Part shown: positions 8,931-18,454 of the stretch, piece by piece
Numbering within the stretch: position 1 is the first letter of the stretch
Layout: each line of letters begins with the position of its first letter
Source: Candidatus Latescibacterota bacterium
GTDB lineage: Bacteria; Latescibacterota; UBA2968; GCA-2709665
Direction: 5' to 3'
Length of the DNA stretch: 64,000 nt
NCBI GenBank assembly: GCA_965208835.1
Contig: OZ242358.1
Coordinates: 256,001-320,000, forward strand
Translations under genes and position numbers: made by a program
Notes under the pieces: generated by a model
What the model was told of the DNA's origin: nothing
The model's input: only the letters and a program-made list of their open reading frames with translations
The model's database searches: none

Positions 8931-10535
8931 TCACCATCCCCATTCACTCTCCCGGTAGTACCTGTCCACCACCGGCGCCAGTTCGGTATTCACCTCCACG
9001 TCTTCCAGCCCATCGAACATGCCCTTCCAGAAATGCAGCATGCCCGCCATCGCCTCGTGGTTCAGGAAGACCGTTTCGACTTCCGAAAAGCGAAGCGCCA
9101 TCGCTCGCTGCTTCAGGTCAGGTTCCGAAATGACCCCTTCCTTCATGGCCAGGTGCCACCCCCATTGTCCCATCGTCGGGATCGAATTGTGGTAGGGCAA
9201 CACGTGGAACCCCGCCGCCTTCAGGGTCCGGTACACGCACAGAAACGCCCGCCTGGCGTGGAGTGGGCTTGAACTCTGCGTCACGAGTGTCCCGTGCTGC
9301 GAGAGATGCCTTTTACACGCCGTGTAGAATTCCTTCGAATACAACCGGGCGAGATCCGGACCCTTCGGATCCGGCAAATCAACAAGAATGACATCGTAGA
9401 TTCCCGCGTCATCCGCCAGAAACCGGCCGGCGTCCCGGGTGACCACGTCCACGCGTTCATCCTCCAGTGCTCCTTCATTCGCTTCCACGAACACCGCATG
9501 CGTCCGCGCGAGCCGGATCATCTCAGGGTCCAGGTCCACCAGCGTGACCCGTTTCACGTCGCCGTATTTCAAGACTTCCCGCAGCGCCAGTCCGTCCCCC
9601 CCGCCGAGAATCAGCACCCGCTCCCTGGATGCAGACAGTCCCATAGCGGGATGCACGAGCGGCTCGTGGTACCGTTCCTCGTCGTACGTGCTGAACTGCA
9701 TTCCGCCGTTCAGGTACAGCCAGTGGTACCCTTTCCACTGCGTCATCACGATCCGCTGGTATGGGGTCTGCGCCTCGAATATCACCCGGTCCCGATACCG
9801 GCTCTGCTCGCCGAACCGCACGATGGGCTTCATGAACACGCCCAGCGCAACCAGCCCCACCGCGGTGATCCAGAACGCGGCAATGAGCGCGCCCGGCCTG
9901 GCGAGCAGGCTCCGGTATCGCCACAGGAGCGCGGATGCAACCGCAAAGTTCACCGTCCCCAGCGCGATGGGGGTATAGGTCAGCCCCAGCTTCGGCAGCG
10001 CGAAAAACGCAAACAGCAAGCCGCCCGCCAGCGCGCCGAAATAGTCCTTCTCCATGACGGAAGCGATATTGGTCCGCAGCTCCTCGTACGCGTCGTTCAT
10101 CCGCGTTACCAGGGGAATTTCAAGCCCGATCAGAAGTCCGATCGCGCCGGCATAAGCATAAATAATGGCGCCCGCCTCCTGGACGAACGCCGTTCCCCAA
10201 TAGGCCGCTGCGGCGGATGTCGCGCACAGCGCCGAGAGGATAAATTCAACCGCGATAAACCGGTCCAGCAACCGCTCCGCAAGATGTCGGCTCAGCCGGC
10301 TTCCGAGCCCCATCGCAAAGAACATCAGCGACAGTACCAGCGTCCACTGCAACGTCGGGTTTCCGAGCAGGTAGCTGGCCAGCGTGGAGAGCACGAATTC
10401 CGCGACGATTCCCGCCAGCCCCGTCGCGAACAGACACGCCTTCAACAGGCGGCCGCTTCCCGATCCTCCCGCCGATGCGGGAGGGGGCGCTCCTTTGCCT
10501 CCATTGTCTTCGGGGGCGCTGTCTCTTGCGGCCAT
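8931..10535 (-). CDS. membrane-bound polyamine aminopropyltransferase (spermidine synthase-like, N-terminal multi-TM domain)
   Basis: About 7 TM helices followed by QTPYQ, YHEPLVHP, LGGGDG, DLD, DLPDP motifs. Confidence 0.9.
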   Translation of the reverse strand: MAARDSAPEDNGGKGAPPPASAGGSGSGRLLKACLFATGLAGIVAEFVLSTLASYLLGNPTLQWTLVLSLMFFAMGLGSRLSRHLAERLLDRFIAVEFILSALCATSAAAAYWGTAFVQEAGAIIYAYAGAIGLLIGLEIPLVTRMNDAYEELRTNIASVMEKDYFGALAGGLLFAFFALPKLGLTYTPIALGTVNFAVASALLWRYRSLLARPGALIAAFWITAVGLVALGVFMKPIVRFGEQSRYRDRVIFEAQTPYQRIVMTQWKGYHWLYLNGGMQFSTYDEERYHEPLVHPAMGLSASRERVLILGGGDGLALREVLKYGDVKRVTLVDLDPEMIRLARTHAVFVEANEGALEDERVDVVTRDAGRFLADDAGIYDVILVDLPDPKGPDLARLYSKEFYTACKRHLSQHGTLVTQSSSPLHARRAFLCVYRTLKAAGFHVLPYHNSIPTMGQWGWHLAMKEGVISEPDLKQRAMALRFSEVETVFLNHEAMAGMLHFWKGMFDGLEDVEVNTELAPVVDRYYRESEWGW

Positions 10536-10556
10536 ACCCTTTTCTTCTGCCCCGCG

Positions 10557-11357
10557 CTACACCGTTTTGCACGTCAACCCGCCATCCACGACGAGTTCTG
10601 CGCCGGTGACGTATTTCGCCTCGTCCGAAGCCAGGTACAGGGCGGCATAAGCCACGTCCCAGGCATCGCCCATCCTGCCCATCGGACACTGGTTGTCGCG
10701 AATCTGAATCATCTTCTCCACGTCGCCCTGTGCGTAGAATTCGGCCAGGGATTTCGCCACCATGGGCGTATTCATGAATCCGGGCAGTATGGAGTTGGCG
10801 CGGATGTTCTTCCCGGCATACTGCATCGCGATACTCTGAGTGAGCTGATTCACCCCACCCTTGGTTGCGCTGTAGGAAACGTAGGGCACGCCCAGCCAGC
10901 GGATCGACGTAATCGAAGAGATATTCACAATCGCGCCTCCGCCCTGGCGTTCCATATGGGGTAGTACATGCTTGCAGGTCAGAAACATGCTTTTGAGATT
11001 CACGTCGACCACGCGGTCCCAGGTTTCCTCACTGAGTTCAACGCATCCGCCCACCTGGAGAACGCCGACGTTATTGTGCAGAATATCAATACGGCCATAG
11101 GTATCAAGGCACCGTGCGACGAGGGCTTCCACATCTTCGGACCGCGACACATCCGCCTCGTGGGCCGTACAGTCCCCTCCCTCGCCCGCGATGATGTCCC
11201 GGGTCTCCTCCGCGGACTCCGGATTGACGTCCACGGCAAGAACGCGGGCGCCTTCCCGCGCGAAGAGAACGGCCGCCGCCTTGCCGTTGCCCCAACCGGG
11301 TCCGACAGAACCGGCGCCCGTTACGATTGCGACCTTGTCCTTGAGGCGAGTTCCCAT
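10557..11357 (-). CDS. SDR family oxidoreductase
   Basis: TGAG...GNG, NNVG, YSATK, DGG motifs. Confidence 0.93.
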   Translation of the reverse strand: MGTRLKDKVAIVTGAGSVGPGWGNGKAAAVLFAREGARVLAVDVNPESAEETRDIIAGEGGDCTAHEADVSRSEDVEALVARCLDTYGRIDILHNNVGVLQVGGCVELSEETWDRVVDVNLKSMFLTCKHVLPHMERQGGGAIVNISSITSIRWLGVPYVSYSATKGGVNQLTQSIAMQYAGKNIRANSILPGFMNTPMVAKSLAEFYAQGDVEKMIQIRDNQCPMGRMGDAWDVAYAALYLASDEAKYVTGAELVVDGGLTCKTV

Positions 11358-11369
11358 TGCAACGGCTTC

Positions 11370-12215
11370 CTACAACGCCCATACGATCAGCAGGGACGCA
11401 GCCACGTACGAAGACGCTTCGATGAATCCGGCGCCCAGATGCGGTTTCTCGGGATCCGAAATCTCCGCCGCCAGGTTCAGGCCCGGCAGCAGGATCTTGT
11501 CAGTAGCAACACGTACCACGAGCAGCAGAACGAGTCCGATAACCACCTCGAGCGCGAAGCCCTGCAGGCTGGTCGCCCAGGAGATAAAGTCTCCGGACAC
11601 CGCGTGCCGCACCACAATGCCGATGCCCACCAGCGCGCCGGCGAATGCCACGCCGGCAGCGGCGTTGTCCCTTTCGATTTCCGTATGCAGATCGTACGGC
11701 GTCGCCCAGTTGTAGACAATGCCCGCCAGCACCAGCGCCGCCTGTCCCAGCACCCAGAACGCCAGTGTTGTACCCAGACCGCCCAGTTCGCCGGACACCG
11801 CCCCGAAGATCACCAGACCCGTGGCGATGTACGAGGCGCAGACCACGGCTCCGGTGCCGGCATTCTGGTCCCGCACAATCTCGTCCCGGATCGAAAACTG
11901 GTGCAGGATCAGCCGGTCATTGATGATCCGCGATAGATTCATCAGCACGATCGACAGCGGACCGTAGATGAGTACATCGACCAGGTCGACCTCCAACCCG
12001 TGCGAGGGTCCGGAAATCACCCCTCCGATGGCCATGACCAGGCCCAGAAAGTACCCCACCATCGCCACCGACAGGGCCGTGTTGTCCTTCTCCACCAGCT
12101 CTTCCTTCACGCGGTAGCTTGGCGTGGTCCAGTCATATACGAGCTTGCCAATCCAGAACAACACATACGCGCAGACCAGGTAAATCCCGGTTTCCAGCAA
12201 ACTGTCCCACATCAT
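11370..12215 (-). CDS. DUF350 membrane protein (two tandem DUF350 units)
   Basis: Repeated EELVEKDNTA / EIVRDQNAG / EIERDNAAAG motifs between TM helices. Confidence 0.82.
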   Translation of the reverse strand: MMWDSLLETGIYLVCAYVLFWIGKLVYDWTTPSYRVKEELVEKDNTALSVAMVGYFLGLVMAIGGVISGPSHGLEVDLVDVLIYGPLSIVLMNLSRIINDRLILHQFSIRDEIVRDQNAGTGAVVCASYIATGLVIFGAVSGELGGLGTTLAFWVLGQAALVLAGIVYNWATPYDLHTEIERDNAAAGVAFAGALVGIGIVVRHAVSGDFISWATSLQGFALEVVIGLVLLLVVRVATDKILLPGLNLAAEISDPEKPHLGAGFIEASSYVAASLLIVWAL

Positions 12216-12898
12216 TTTCCAAACCTCCCTCTGCTGCGGCTGCCAAAGCCCGACCTGTTGCGGCCGGACCGGTCCCTGACCCGCTGGGAAAAGGACCGCT
12301 GCCTGTTTGCAATGGCCTGTCTCCGGCGCTGGTAAAACGCTGGCCTCTGCTTCTTTGTGATCGACCCTTCGGTACCGTATTCACGGTTGCGCCCATAATA
12401 CGGCCGGCGCCGATCGCGGTTGTTGCGATAGTCGTCGTAGTCATTGCGGTAGATCTGTCCCCCGTAGCCCCCGCCCATCAAACTCCGCATCATCGCGTAC
12501 TGTCCGTAGAACACCCAGAAACTCCCGCCACCGCCCCAGTGCCCGTAATGCGGGTTCCCCACGTAGTGGTATCCGGGCGGATGGGGGGTTTTGTTCACTC
12601 CTTCGTCCGACTTGGCGACCAATGCCATGCCGAGAAAGGCCGCGTACCGCCGATAGACCTCCACCGGAACCTCAATCCATTCGGTTGTGCCCCGCCGCTC
12701 TCCCTGGACGACCGTATACCTGTGGTAATAATTCGTAAAAAAAGTGCCGTCTTCCTTCATATCCTCCAGTATGATCATATACGCGGGCGCGTTCGCCAGG
12801 CTCTTCTGCATTTCCTTAACGGGGTCTCTGGCGCCGCACCCGGCAATCCAGAGTGCGGCAAACGCAATTACAGGCCATCGCATCTGTGGCATAAGCAT
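12212..12898 (-). CDS. lipoprotein with Arg/Gly/Tyr-rich C-terminal tail
   Basis: Lipobox WIAG-C; PPGY.YVGNP.YG.W...SFWVFYGQY motif; tail RSGFGSRSRGRFGK; 4-bp overlap with DUF350. Confidence 0.75.
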   Translation of the reverse strand: MLMPQMRWPVIAFAALWIAGCGARDPVKEMQKSLANAPAYMIILEDMKEDGTFFTNYYHRYTVVQGERRGTTEWIEVPVEVYRRYAAFLGMALVAKSDEGVNKTPHPPGYHYVGNPHYGHWGGGGSFWVFYGQYAMMRSLMGGGYGGQIYRNDYDDYRNNRDRRRPYYGRNREYGTEGSITKKQRPAFYQRRRQAIANRQRSFSQRVRDRSGRNRSGFGSRSRGRFGK

Positions 12899-12998
12899 CT
12901 CCTTCGTTCAACGGGCACGCTTCGACATTTCTTCAAGCTCAGTGCAAGCAGCACATTCAATGCAGGTATGTTCAGCGTAGACCGCGTGCTTGCCTTAA

Positions 12999-13097
12999 CA
13001 GTCCGTTGATAAAGTCGCTCTGCAGGCGAGGCCGAGCAACGCAGTATTTCGACCGCAAGGGCCGGCCGTAGCCCGGATGGGCTTTTTCAACGGGCTG
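12999..13097 (+). mobile_element. Family C MITE (99 bp internally deleted copy) with TTAA target duplication
   Basis: TIR CAGTCCGTTGATAAA / TTTTTCAACGGGCTG flanked by TTAA on both sides. Confidence 0.85.
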
Positions 13098-13108
13098 TTA
13101 ATTGTAGA

Positions 13109-13137
13109 AAGATAGCCCGGCGCCAACGGCATGTCAA
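13109..13137 (-). promoter_or_regulatory. sigma70 promoter of the lipoprotein-DUF350 operon
   Basis: Minus strand TTGACA-17 bp-TATCTT. Confidence 0.7.
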
Positions 13138-13142
13138 GGTGC

Positions 13143-13172
13143 TTGCCCGTGTACCGTAGGGGTTGCTATATT
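13143..13172 (+). promoter_or_regulatory. divergent promoter for the lyase gene
   Basis: TTGCCC-18 bp-TATATT with extended -10 TG. Confidence 0.5.
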
Positions 13173-13252
13173 GTGCCGGGAACACCGCGAGAATGGCAGG
13201 ATTTCAACTTCCTTCGACCGCTTCACACCGCTTTTCAAGAGGATACCAGACC

Positions 13253-16200
13253 TTGGCTTTCGCCGTCGACACGTCGCATCAGCCTGACCGGCACCCGCCG
13301 ATCACGCCTGCTGACGGTTCCATCGCGATCCAGAATCCCCCGTCCATGGTCTGGCGCGCGGACGACAGGGCCGCCACATACATCGTCGAGATCTGTGCGG
13401 ACTCCGGATTTGAGAGCGAGATTGTCCGGCGCGAGGGGATCGACATGCCGTTCTTCAACCCGTCGGTCGAACTCGACCGCGGAACGTGGTACTGGCGTTA
13501 CTTCGCGGTGACATCAGAGGGTGAGCGGTCCCTGCCCGGCCCCGTGCGGAGTTTTCACGTCACGCCCGAATCCGTACCGCTTGCAGTGCCCCCGTCGGAG
13601 CGCATCCTCGACGCGATGCCGGACCATCCCCGCATCTTTGTAACCCCTGAGACCCTGGAGGAGTTCCGCGACCGCAGGCATGGGCCGGGCCGTGAAGCCT
13701 GGCGCCACCTCGAACACCGGGCCGATGCCCTGGTTCAGATCGCCCCGCCCGGGTTGAACCTGCAGTCCGTGCCCGCGAACCTGGACGAACGCCGCGGTCA
13801 GGTCTTTCATCTGAGAGACGGCCGCACCACGTTCCCGGCGGACTTTCAGATCGCCGAACTCAAGAGGGGCGCCGATACCGTCAATGCGCTCTCGTTCGCA
13901 TATCTGATCTCGGGCGACGAAAAGTATGCCGCGGCCGCGCGGCGCTGGATGGCTTTTCTGGCACATTTCCGCGTGGACGCCCACCTCGAGGACCGAGGGC
14001 AGCACGATACCGTCGTCTACTGCTACGAGTTCGGCCTCAAGGGGATGGCATTGGCATACGATCGGCTGAACCACCTGCTTGAAACGGAGGAACGCGCAAG
14101 TGCCCTTGCGCACATCGAATTCCACTGCGACGCCGCTTACCGATGGCTCAGAGTTGGACTTCAGATCCACCTGAATTATCAGAATTCCCACGGGCAACAG
14201 TGCATGCACGCGCTGCTTCCCACGGTCCTGGCCGTGGCTACCGAATCCGCGCGTACGCGGGAGTGGGCCGACTACCTTATCCGCCAGTACGCCAACCGTG
14301 TTGCGTGGGGAAGCAGCGACGGCGGGTATACCGAAGGTCAGAAATACGGCCACAAAGTGCAGTTCATTCTTGAGGCCCTGGCCGCACTCAAGACCGCAAC
14401 GGGTCTGGATGTCTTCCGCGAACCCCGGTGGCAGAATACCGGCTCGTTCTGGTTGTATTGCATGTCCCTCAATTACTGGTGGAACCACTGGGGAGACTGC
14501 TATTCCCTGATCGATCCCAATTTCGGCAGCGATGCGGATACGTACGTTTCCGCTTTTCTGGCCGCGATGACCGGGGATCCCACGGTCAAGTGGTGGAGCG
14601 ATTCACGGGTCTGCAACCCGGTGCATCTCCCGCTCCAGTATCTCTCCGACAGCGGCGTCAGGCCCAGGCCGCCGGTTGATGCCGCGCAGGCCCGCCTGTT
14701 CCCCGACGTCGGCCAGCTCGCGGCGTACGACAGGTTCTACGATCACAGAAGCAGCCGCATCTTCTTCAGAAGCAGCCAGTGGGGCGATCACAGCCACGCA
14801 CACCAGGACCAGAACGGATTCGTCATCCACGCCGGCGGCGAGATACTCTGCTGCGACGCAGGATATTACACCTATTATGGGGACACGTACCACGCCCAAT
14901 GGACCCGGACGACACAGGCGCATAACTCCATCCTCGTCGACGGCGAAAGCCAGCGCCGGGGCATCGCCCACAAGGGAGAGATAACCGCCTTTTTCAATAC
15001 GCCAGACGCCTGCTTCTTCACCGGCGACGCTTCCGGCGCGTACGGGGAGTTGCTCGAAAAGTTCCAGCGGCGTGTCCTCTTCATCCGCCCGGACGTCTTT
15101 GTCCTCTGCGACGCCCTTGAATCGTCTGAACCGCGGGAATTCTCCTGGACGCTCAACACCTTCGAACGCGCGGATATGGACGAGGTCAGTCAATCCATGA
15201 CCATCCGTCAGCGGGACCAGCGGCTCCTGGTCCGGCACCTGGCGGACGGTCCCCTGAAATACATACAGAACAACGACCGGCCGTTTCCTTTGAAGACGCG
15301 CGACTGGTGCCGGGTTACCGAAGCCTTCCCCCAGCAGTGGAACATCCGGGCCACGACTGAGAAGAGGACCAGCGAGCAAATTCTGGCGGTCCTGCATACG
15401 TACAAGGATACGGACGGCCCGAGAGTCGATAATTTCCGCCGCCTGGAGACTGACCGGGCCGATGGCGTCAGTTTTCAGTCCGGGAACCGCTCCGAATGCG
15501 TCCTGTTTCGAAACCGGGAGGGCGGTACCATTGAAGGGGCGGGAATAGAATCGGACGGCAGGGTCGTCAACGTCAGCCATATCGGGGACCGGCTCGATCG
15601 GTGGCTGCTTCACGGTGGCGCCCGGCTCAGCCTGGATGGTGAGATTATCCTGACCGCCGATGTAGAATGCGACGCTGCGGCAAGCTACAACCGCCATAGC
15701 GCCGCCGCGCAGGTCCAGGTCCGGCATCGGACGCCGGTGCGTGTCTCCATCCATCTTCCCCGTGCGCCGGGCTCGGTGTACATCTCTCCGCCGGCGCGTC
15801 CGCAGGACGCGAGTCCCATCGATTTCACGTGGCGTGACGGGAGGGTTGAAGTCGACCTGGCGGGCGCGGGCGAGTCCGTCCTGTGGATCGACCCGGCCGC
15901 GGACCCGCCGAAGACCCCGGAACCGCTTCACCTGACGCTTCCCGACGGTGACGGCCGGCAGACTGTGGCCCTGCAGACAGCCATCGCGGACAATGGGGAT
16001 ATCATCGCCTTCGAAGAATTCACGCCGTGCGTGCCGGGTGTCTACGAACTCGTCGCTGAAGGCGCGGAATTGCTTATTCAGGACCGTTGGGACCCGGACG
16101 TGAGCGTGTACGGGAAAGGCCACGTAAGGGCCTGCCTTAGAGAGGGTACGGAAGTCTTCGTACGCTATCCGCCTGACGGTCGACCGGAACTTCGGGCATT

Positions 16201-16681
16201 CCTTGTCGAGAGCCACCAGGGCAGACTCATCAACCTGCTCTGCAACGGCGGTTTCGAAGCCGGCATCGTGGATTACCCGCCGCGTTACTGGAACGTGCAG
16301 CACTCCCGCACGCACGATCTCAGCTGGCCCGCGTGGAGCGTCGAGGATGCCGCGGAAGGAAACGCGTGCCTCAAATTTACGCGGGACACGGACCCCATGT
16401 CGCTCAGGAGCCGTCCGATGCGCCTGCGCAAGGCCGGCCGTTATCATCTGCGATTCAAGGCGCGCGGCACGGCCACCCATGCCCGCGTGTCCGTGTCCGG
16501 ACAGCAGGGGACCCATCTCGATGTCCCCGTCAGACCCGCCCAGGCGTGGACCGGATACGAGGCGGAGCTGGACGTCCAACCGGGGTACACAACCGTGTCC
16601 GTCGCGTTCGATTCAGGAGGAGAACCCGATCAGGTTCTGTGGATGGACGATATGGAATTCGGGCATATTGCGCAGGACTGA
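13253..16681 (+). CDS. heparinase II/III-like polysaccharide lyase with DUF4962-like N-terminal region and C-terminal CBM-like domain
   Basis: QNPP/YWRY N-domain, NSHG, DGGYTEG..Y, SHAHQDQNGF, AHNSILVDG, C-terminal NLLCNGGFE...WMDD; TTG start after AGAGGA inferred. Confidence 0.8.
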   Translation: MAFAVDTSHQPDRHPPITPADGSIAIQNPPSMVWRADDRAATYIVEICADSGFESEIVRREGIDMPFFNPSVELDRGTWYWRYFAVTSEGERSLPGPVRSFHVTPESVPLAVPPSERILDAMPDHPRIFVTPETLEEFRDRRHGPGREAWRHLEHRADALVQIAPPGLNLQSVPANLDERRGQVFHLRDGRTTFPADFQIAELKRGADTVNALSFAYLISGDEKYAAAARRWMAFLAHFRVDAHLEDRGQHDTVVYCYEFGLKGMALAYDRLNHLLETEERASALAHIEFHCDAAYRWLRVGLQIHLNYQNSHGQQCMHALLPTVLAVATESARTREWADYLIRQYANRVAWGSSDGGYTEGQKYGHKVQFILEALAALKTATGLDVFREPRWQNTGSFWLYCMSLNYWWNHWGDCYSLIDPNFGSDADTYVSAFLAAMTGDPTVKWWSDSRVCNPVHLPLQYLSDSGVRPRPPVDAAQARLFPDVGQLAAYDRFYDHRSSRIFFRSSQWGDHSHAHQDQNGFVIHAGGEILCCDAGYYTYYGDTYHAQWTRTTQAHNSILVDGESQRRGIAHKGEITAFFNTPDACFFTGDASGAYGELLEKFQRRVLFIRPDVFVLCDALESSEPREFSWTLNTFERADMDEVSQSMTIRQRDQRLLVRHLADGPLKYIQNNDRPFPLKTRDWCRVTEAFPQQWNIRATTEKRTSEQILAVLHTYKDTDGPRVDNFRRLETDRADGVSFQSGNRSECVLFRNREGGTIEGAGIESDGRVVNVSHIGDRLDRWLLHGGARLSLDGEIILTADVECDAAASYNRHSAAAQVQVRHRTPVRVSIHLPRAPGSVYISPPARPQDASPIDFTWRDGRVEVDLAGAGESVLWIDPAADPPKTPEPLHLTLPDGDGRQTVALQTAIADNGDIIAFEEFTPCVPGVYELVAEGAELLIQDRWDPDVSVYGKGHVRACLREGTEVFVRYPPDGRPELRAFLVESHQGRLINLLCNGGFEAGIVDYPPRYWNVQHSRTHDLSWPAWSVEDAAEGNACLKFTRDTDPMSLRSRPMRLRKAGRYHLRFKARGTATHARVSVSGQQGTHLDVPVRPAQAWTGYEAELDVQPGYTTVSVAFDSGGEPDQVLWMDDMEFGHIAQD

Positions 16682-16762
16682 ACACGAACCGCGGCCGGCG
16701 CTGTCGCGGGGCTCTTTCTGTTGTTCGCCCGGGATCCCCGACATCACGCACGGAGGTGCAAT

Positions 16763-17533
16763 TTGAACACGCCAGTACTGTTTGAGATCTGCGTCGGTTC
16801 CGCGCAGGGGGCCATCGCCGCTCAGGAAGGCGGGGCCCTCCGGGTGGAGTTGTGCGACAACCTGATCGAAGGCGGCACCACGCCCAGCGCGGGCGCCGTT
16901 CATGTTGCCCGCAAGCATATCGACATCGGGCTCAACGTGATCGTCCGGCCGCGAGGAGGCGACTTCTGCTATTCCGACGTCGAGTTCGAAACGATGGCGC
17001 GGGACGTCGAAACGGCCGCCGAAGGTGGCGCCGACGGGATCGTGATCGGGATTCTTAATCCGGACGGATCGATCGACGTCGAGCGCACGGGCGCTCTCAT
17101 CGAACGTATCCGCCCGCTTCCGGTGACGTTCCATCGAGCGTTCGACATGACCGCAGATCCCCTCCGGTCACTGGACGAACTGATTTCGCTGGGCGTGGAC
17201 AGGGTGCTCACTTCGGGCCAGGAGATTTCGGCGTTGGAAGGGATCGATCTCATCGCGGAGCTGATCGAGAAGGCCGCCGGACGAATCGTGATCATGCCCG
17301 GCGGCGGTATTACCGAACGCAACGTCGCGAAAGTCGTGGCCGGCACCGGCGCCCGCGAGATCCACGTCGCCGCGGGCGGCAGCGTTCCCGGCCGGATGAC
17401 GTTTCGCAACCCGAATGCCTTCATGGGCGGCGAGCTTCGTCCCCCTGAATTTTCACACGATGTCACCGACGCCAACCGCGTCAACGCGTTCATTCAGGCC
17501 GTCACTCCGCCCATCACAACCAACCCCGGGTAA
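16763..17533 (+). CDS. cutC: CutC family protein
   Basis: EIC, RVELCDNLIEGGTTPS, RPRGGDF, TFHRAFD, RVLTSGQ; TTG after GGAGG. Confidence 0.93.
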   Translation: MNTPVLFEICVGSAQGAIAAQEGGALRVELCDNLIEGGTTPSAGAVHVARKHIDIGLNVIVRPRGGDFCYSDVEFETMARDVETAAEGGADGIVIGILNPDGSIDVERTGALIERIRPLPVTFHRAFDMTADPLRSLDELISLGVDRVLTSGQEISALEGIDLIAELIEKAAGRIVIMPGGGITERNVAKVVAGTGAREIHVAAGGSVPGRMTFRNPNAFMGGELRPPEFSHDVTDANRVNAFIQAVTPPITTNPG

Positions 17534-17690
17534 GACGTGAGACGGTAGAGGGGGAGAAAACCGGGTAGACGGGAGACGTAAGAAGGTAGAAGATATCCTC
17601 GCCGGCTAATTTATCCCTTCTTGCCTCCGGCAGCAAAAGTAGCCTCACAAGGCAGGAAATCTCTACCCTCTACCGTCTTACCTCTCCCTC
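17534..17690 (-). repeat. Family A repeat (reverse orientation)
   Basis: TTGCCTCCGGCA...CCTCACAAGGCAGG..ATCTCTACCC core. Confidence 0.85.
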
Positions 17691-17768
17691 GATTCATGTA
17701 TCATAACACTTTATGCCTCAGCGTGCCCCGGGGGCGCGCGTCGGCTGATTCATCAAGGAGACCTCGCC

Positions 17769-18395
17769 ATGCGCATCATCGCGATCGGCTGTGAGTACAC
17801 CGGAAAAACAACCCTTTTCGACGGCCTGATGCAGTGGGGGCGCGAACGGGGCATCGTCCATCACCTGGACGATCACTTCAGCATTCCCGACTGCCAGATG
17901 CTCAAGATGGAAGGCGATCAGCGGATCATGCTGGGTCTGCCGGAAGCCATCAAGGAACGTTACCAGCGGTTCCAGCTCGCCTACCACGTCCGGCTGATCA
18001 ACAAATATGAACACATTCTGCTGGGCGGGTTTCACATCGAGGAGAATATCTACGGCCCCAGGTACTATTATCCCGCCGTGGGCCGGCTCTCCGAAACGCC
18101 GAGAGCCTGGGAAGCGGAAATGCCACGGGACACCATCCTGGTCCATCTCAAAGCCCGCGCCGACGTTATCGAGAGACGCATGGAAGAGGACCGCCATACG
18201 TATCACATTGTCCCAAGGGAAGACATCCAGGAAATTCTGGACGAATTCCAGGCGGAATACGGCGCCTGCTGGATCAGGCGCAAGTTTGAAATCGACACGT
18301 CCGATCTGACCCCGGACGGCCTCCTCCAGGCCTTTCTGGACGGCTCCGTCCCCTTCCTCAACGACCGCGATATGCTAACCCGCATGAATACGTAA
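17769..18395 (+). CDS. P-loop kinase of the nucleoside/nucleotide monophosphate kinase type, substrate unknown
   Basis: Walker A GCEYTGKTT; ILVHLKA...IERR lid region; IDTSDLT end. Confidence 0.65.
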   Translation: MRIIAIGCEYTGKTTLFDGLMQWGRERGIVHHLDDHFSIPDCQMLKMEGDQRIMLGLPEAIKERYQRFQLAYHVRLINKYEHILLGGFHIEENIYGPRYYYPAVGRLSETPRAWEAEMPRDTILVHLKARADVIERRMEEDRHTYHIVPREDIQEILDEFQAEYGACWIRRKFEIDTSDLTPDGLLQAFLDGSVPFLNDRDMLTRMNT

Positions 18396-18454
18396 GTGTG
18401 AATCGTGTTGGAATCATTATCGCAAACTGGCGACTTCATCGCGTAGAGGTATAA

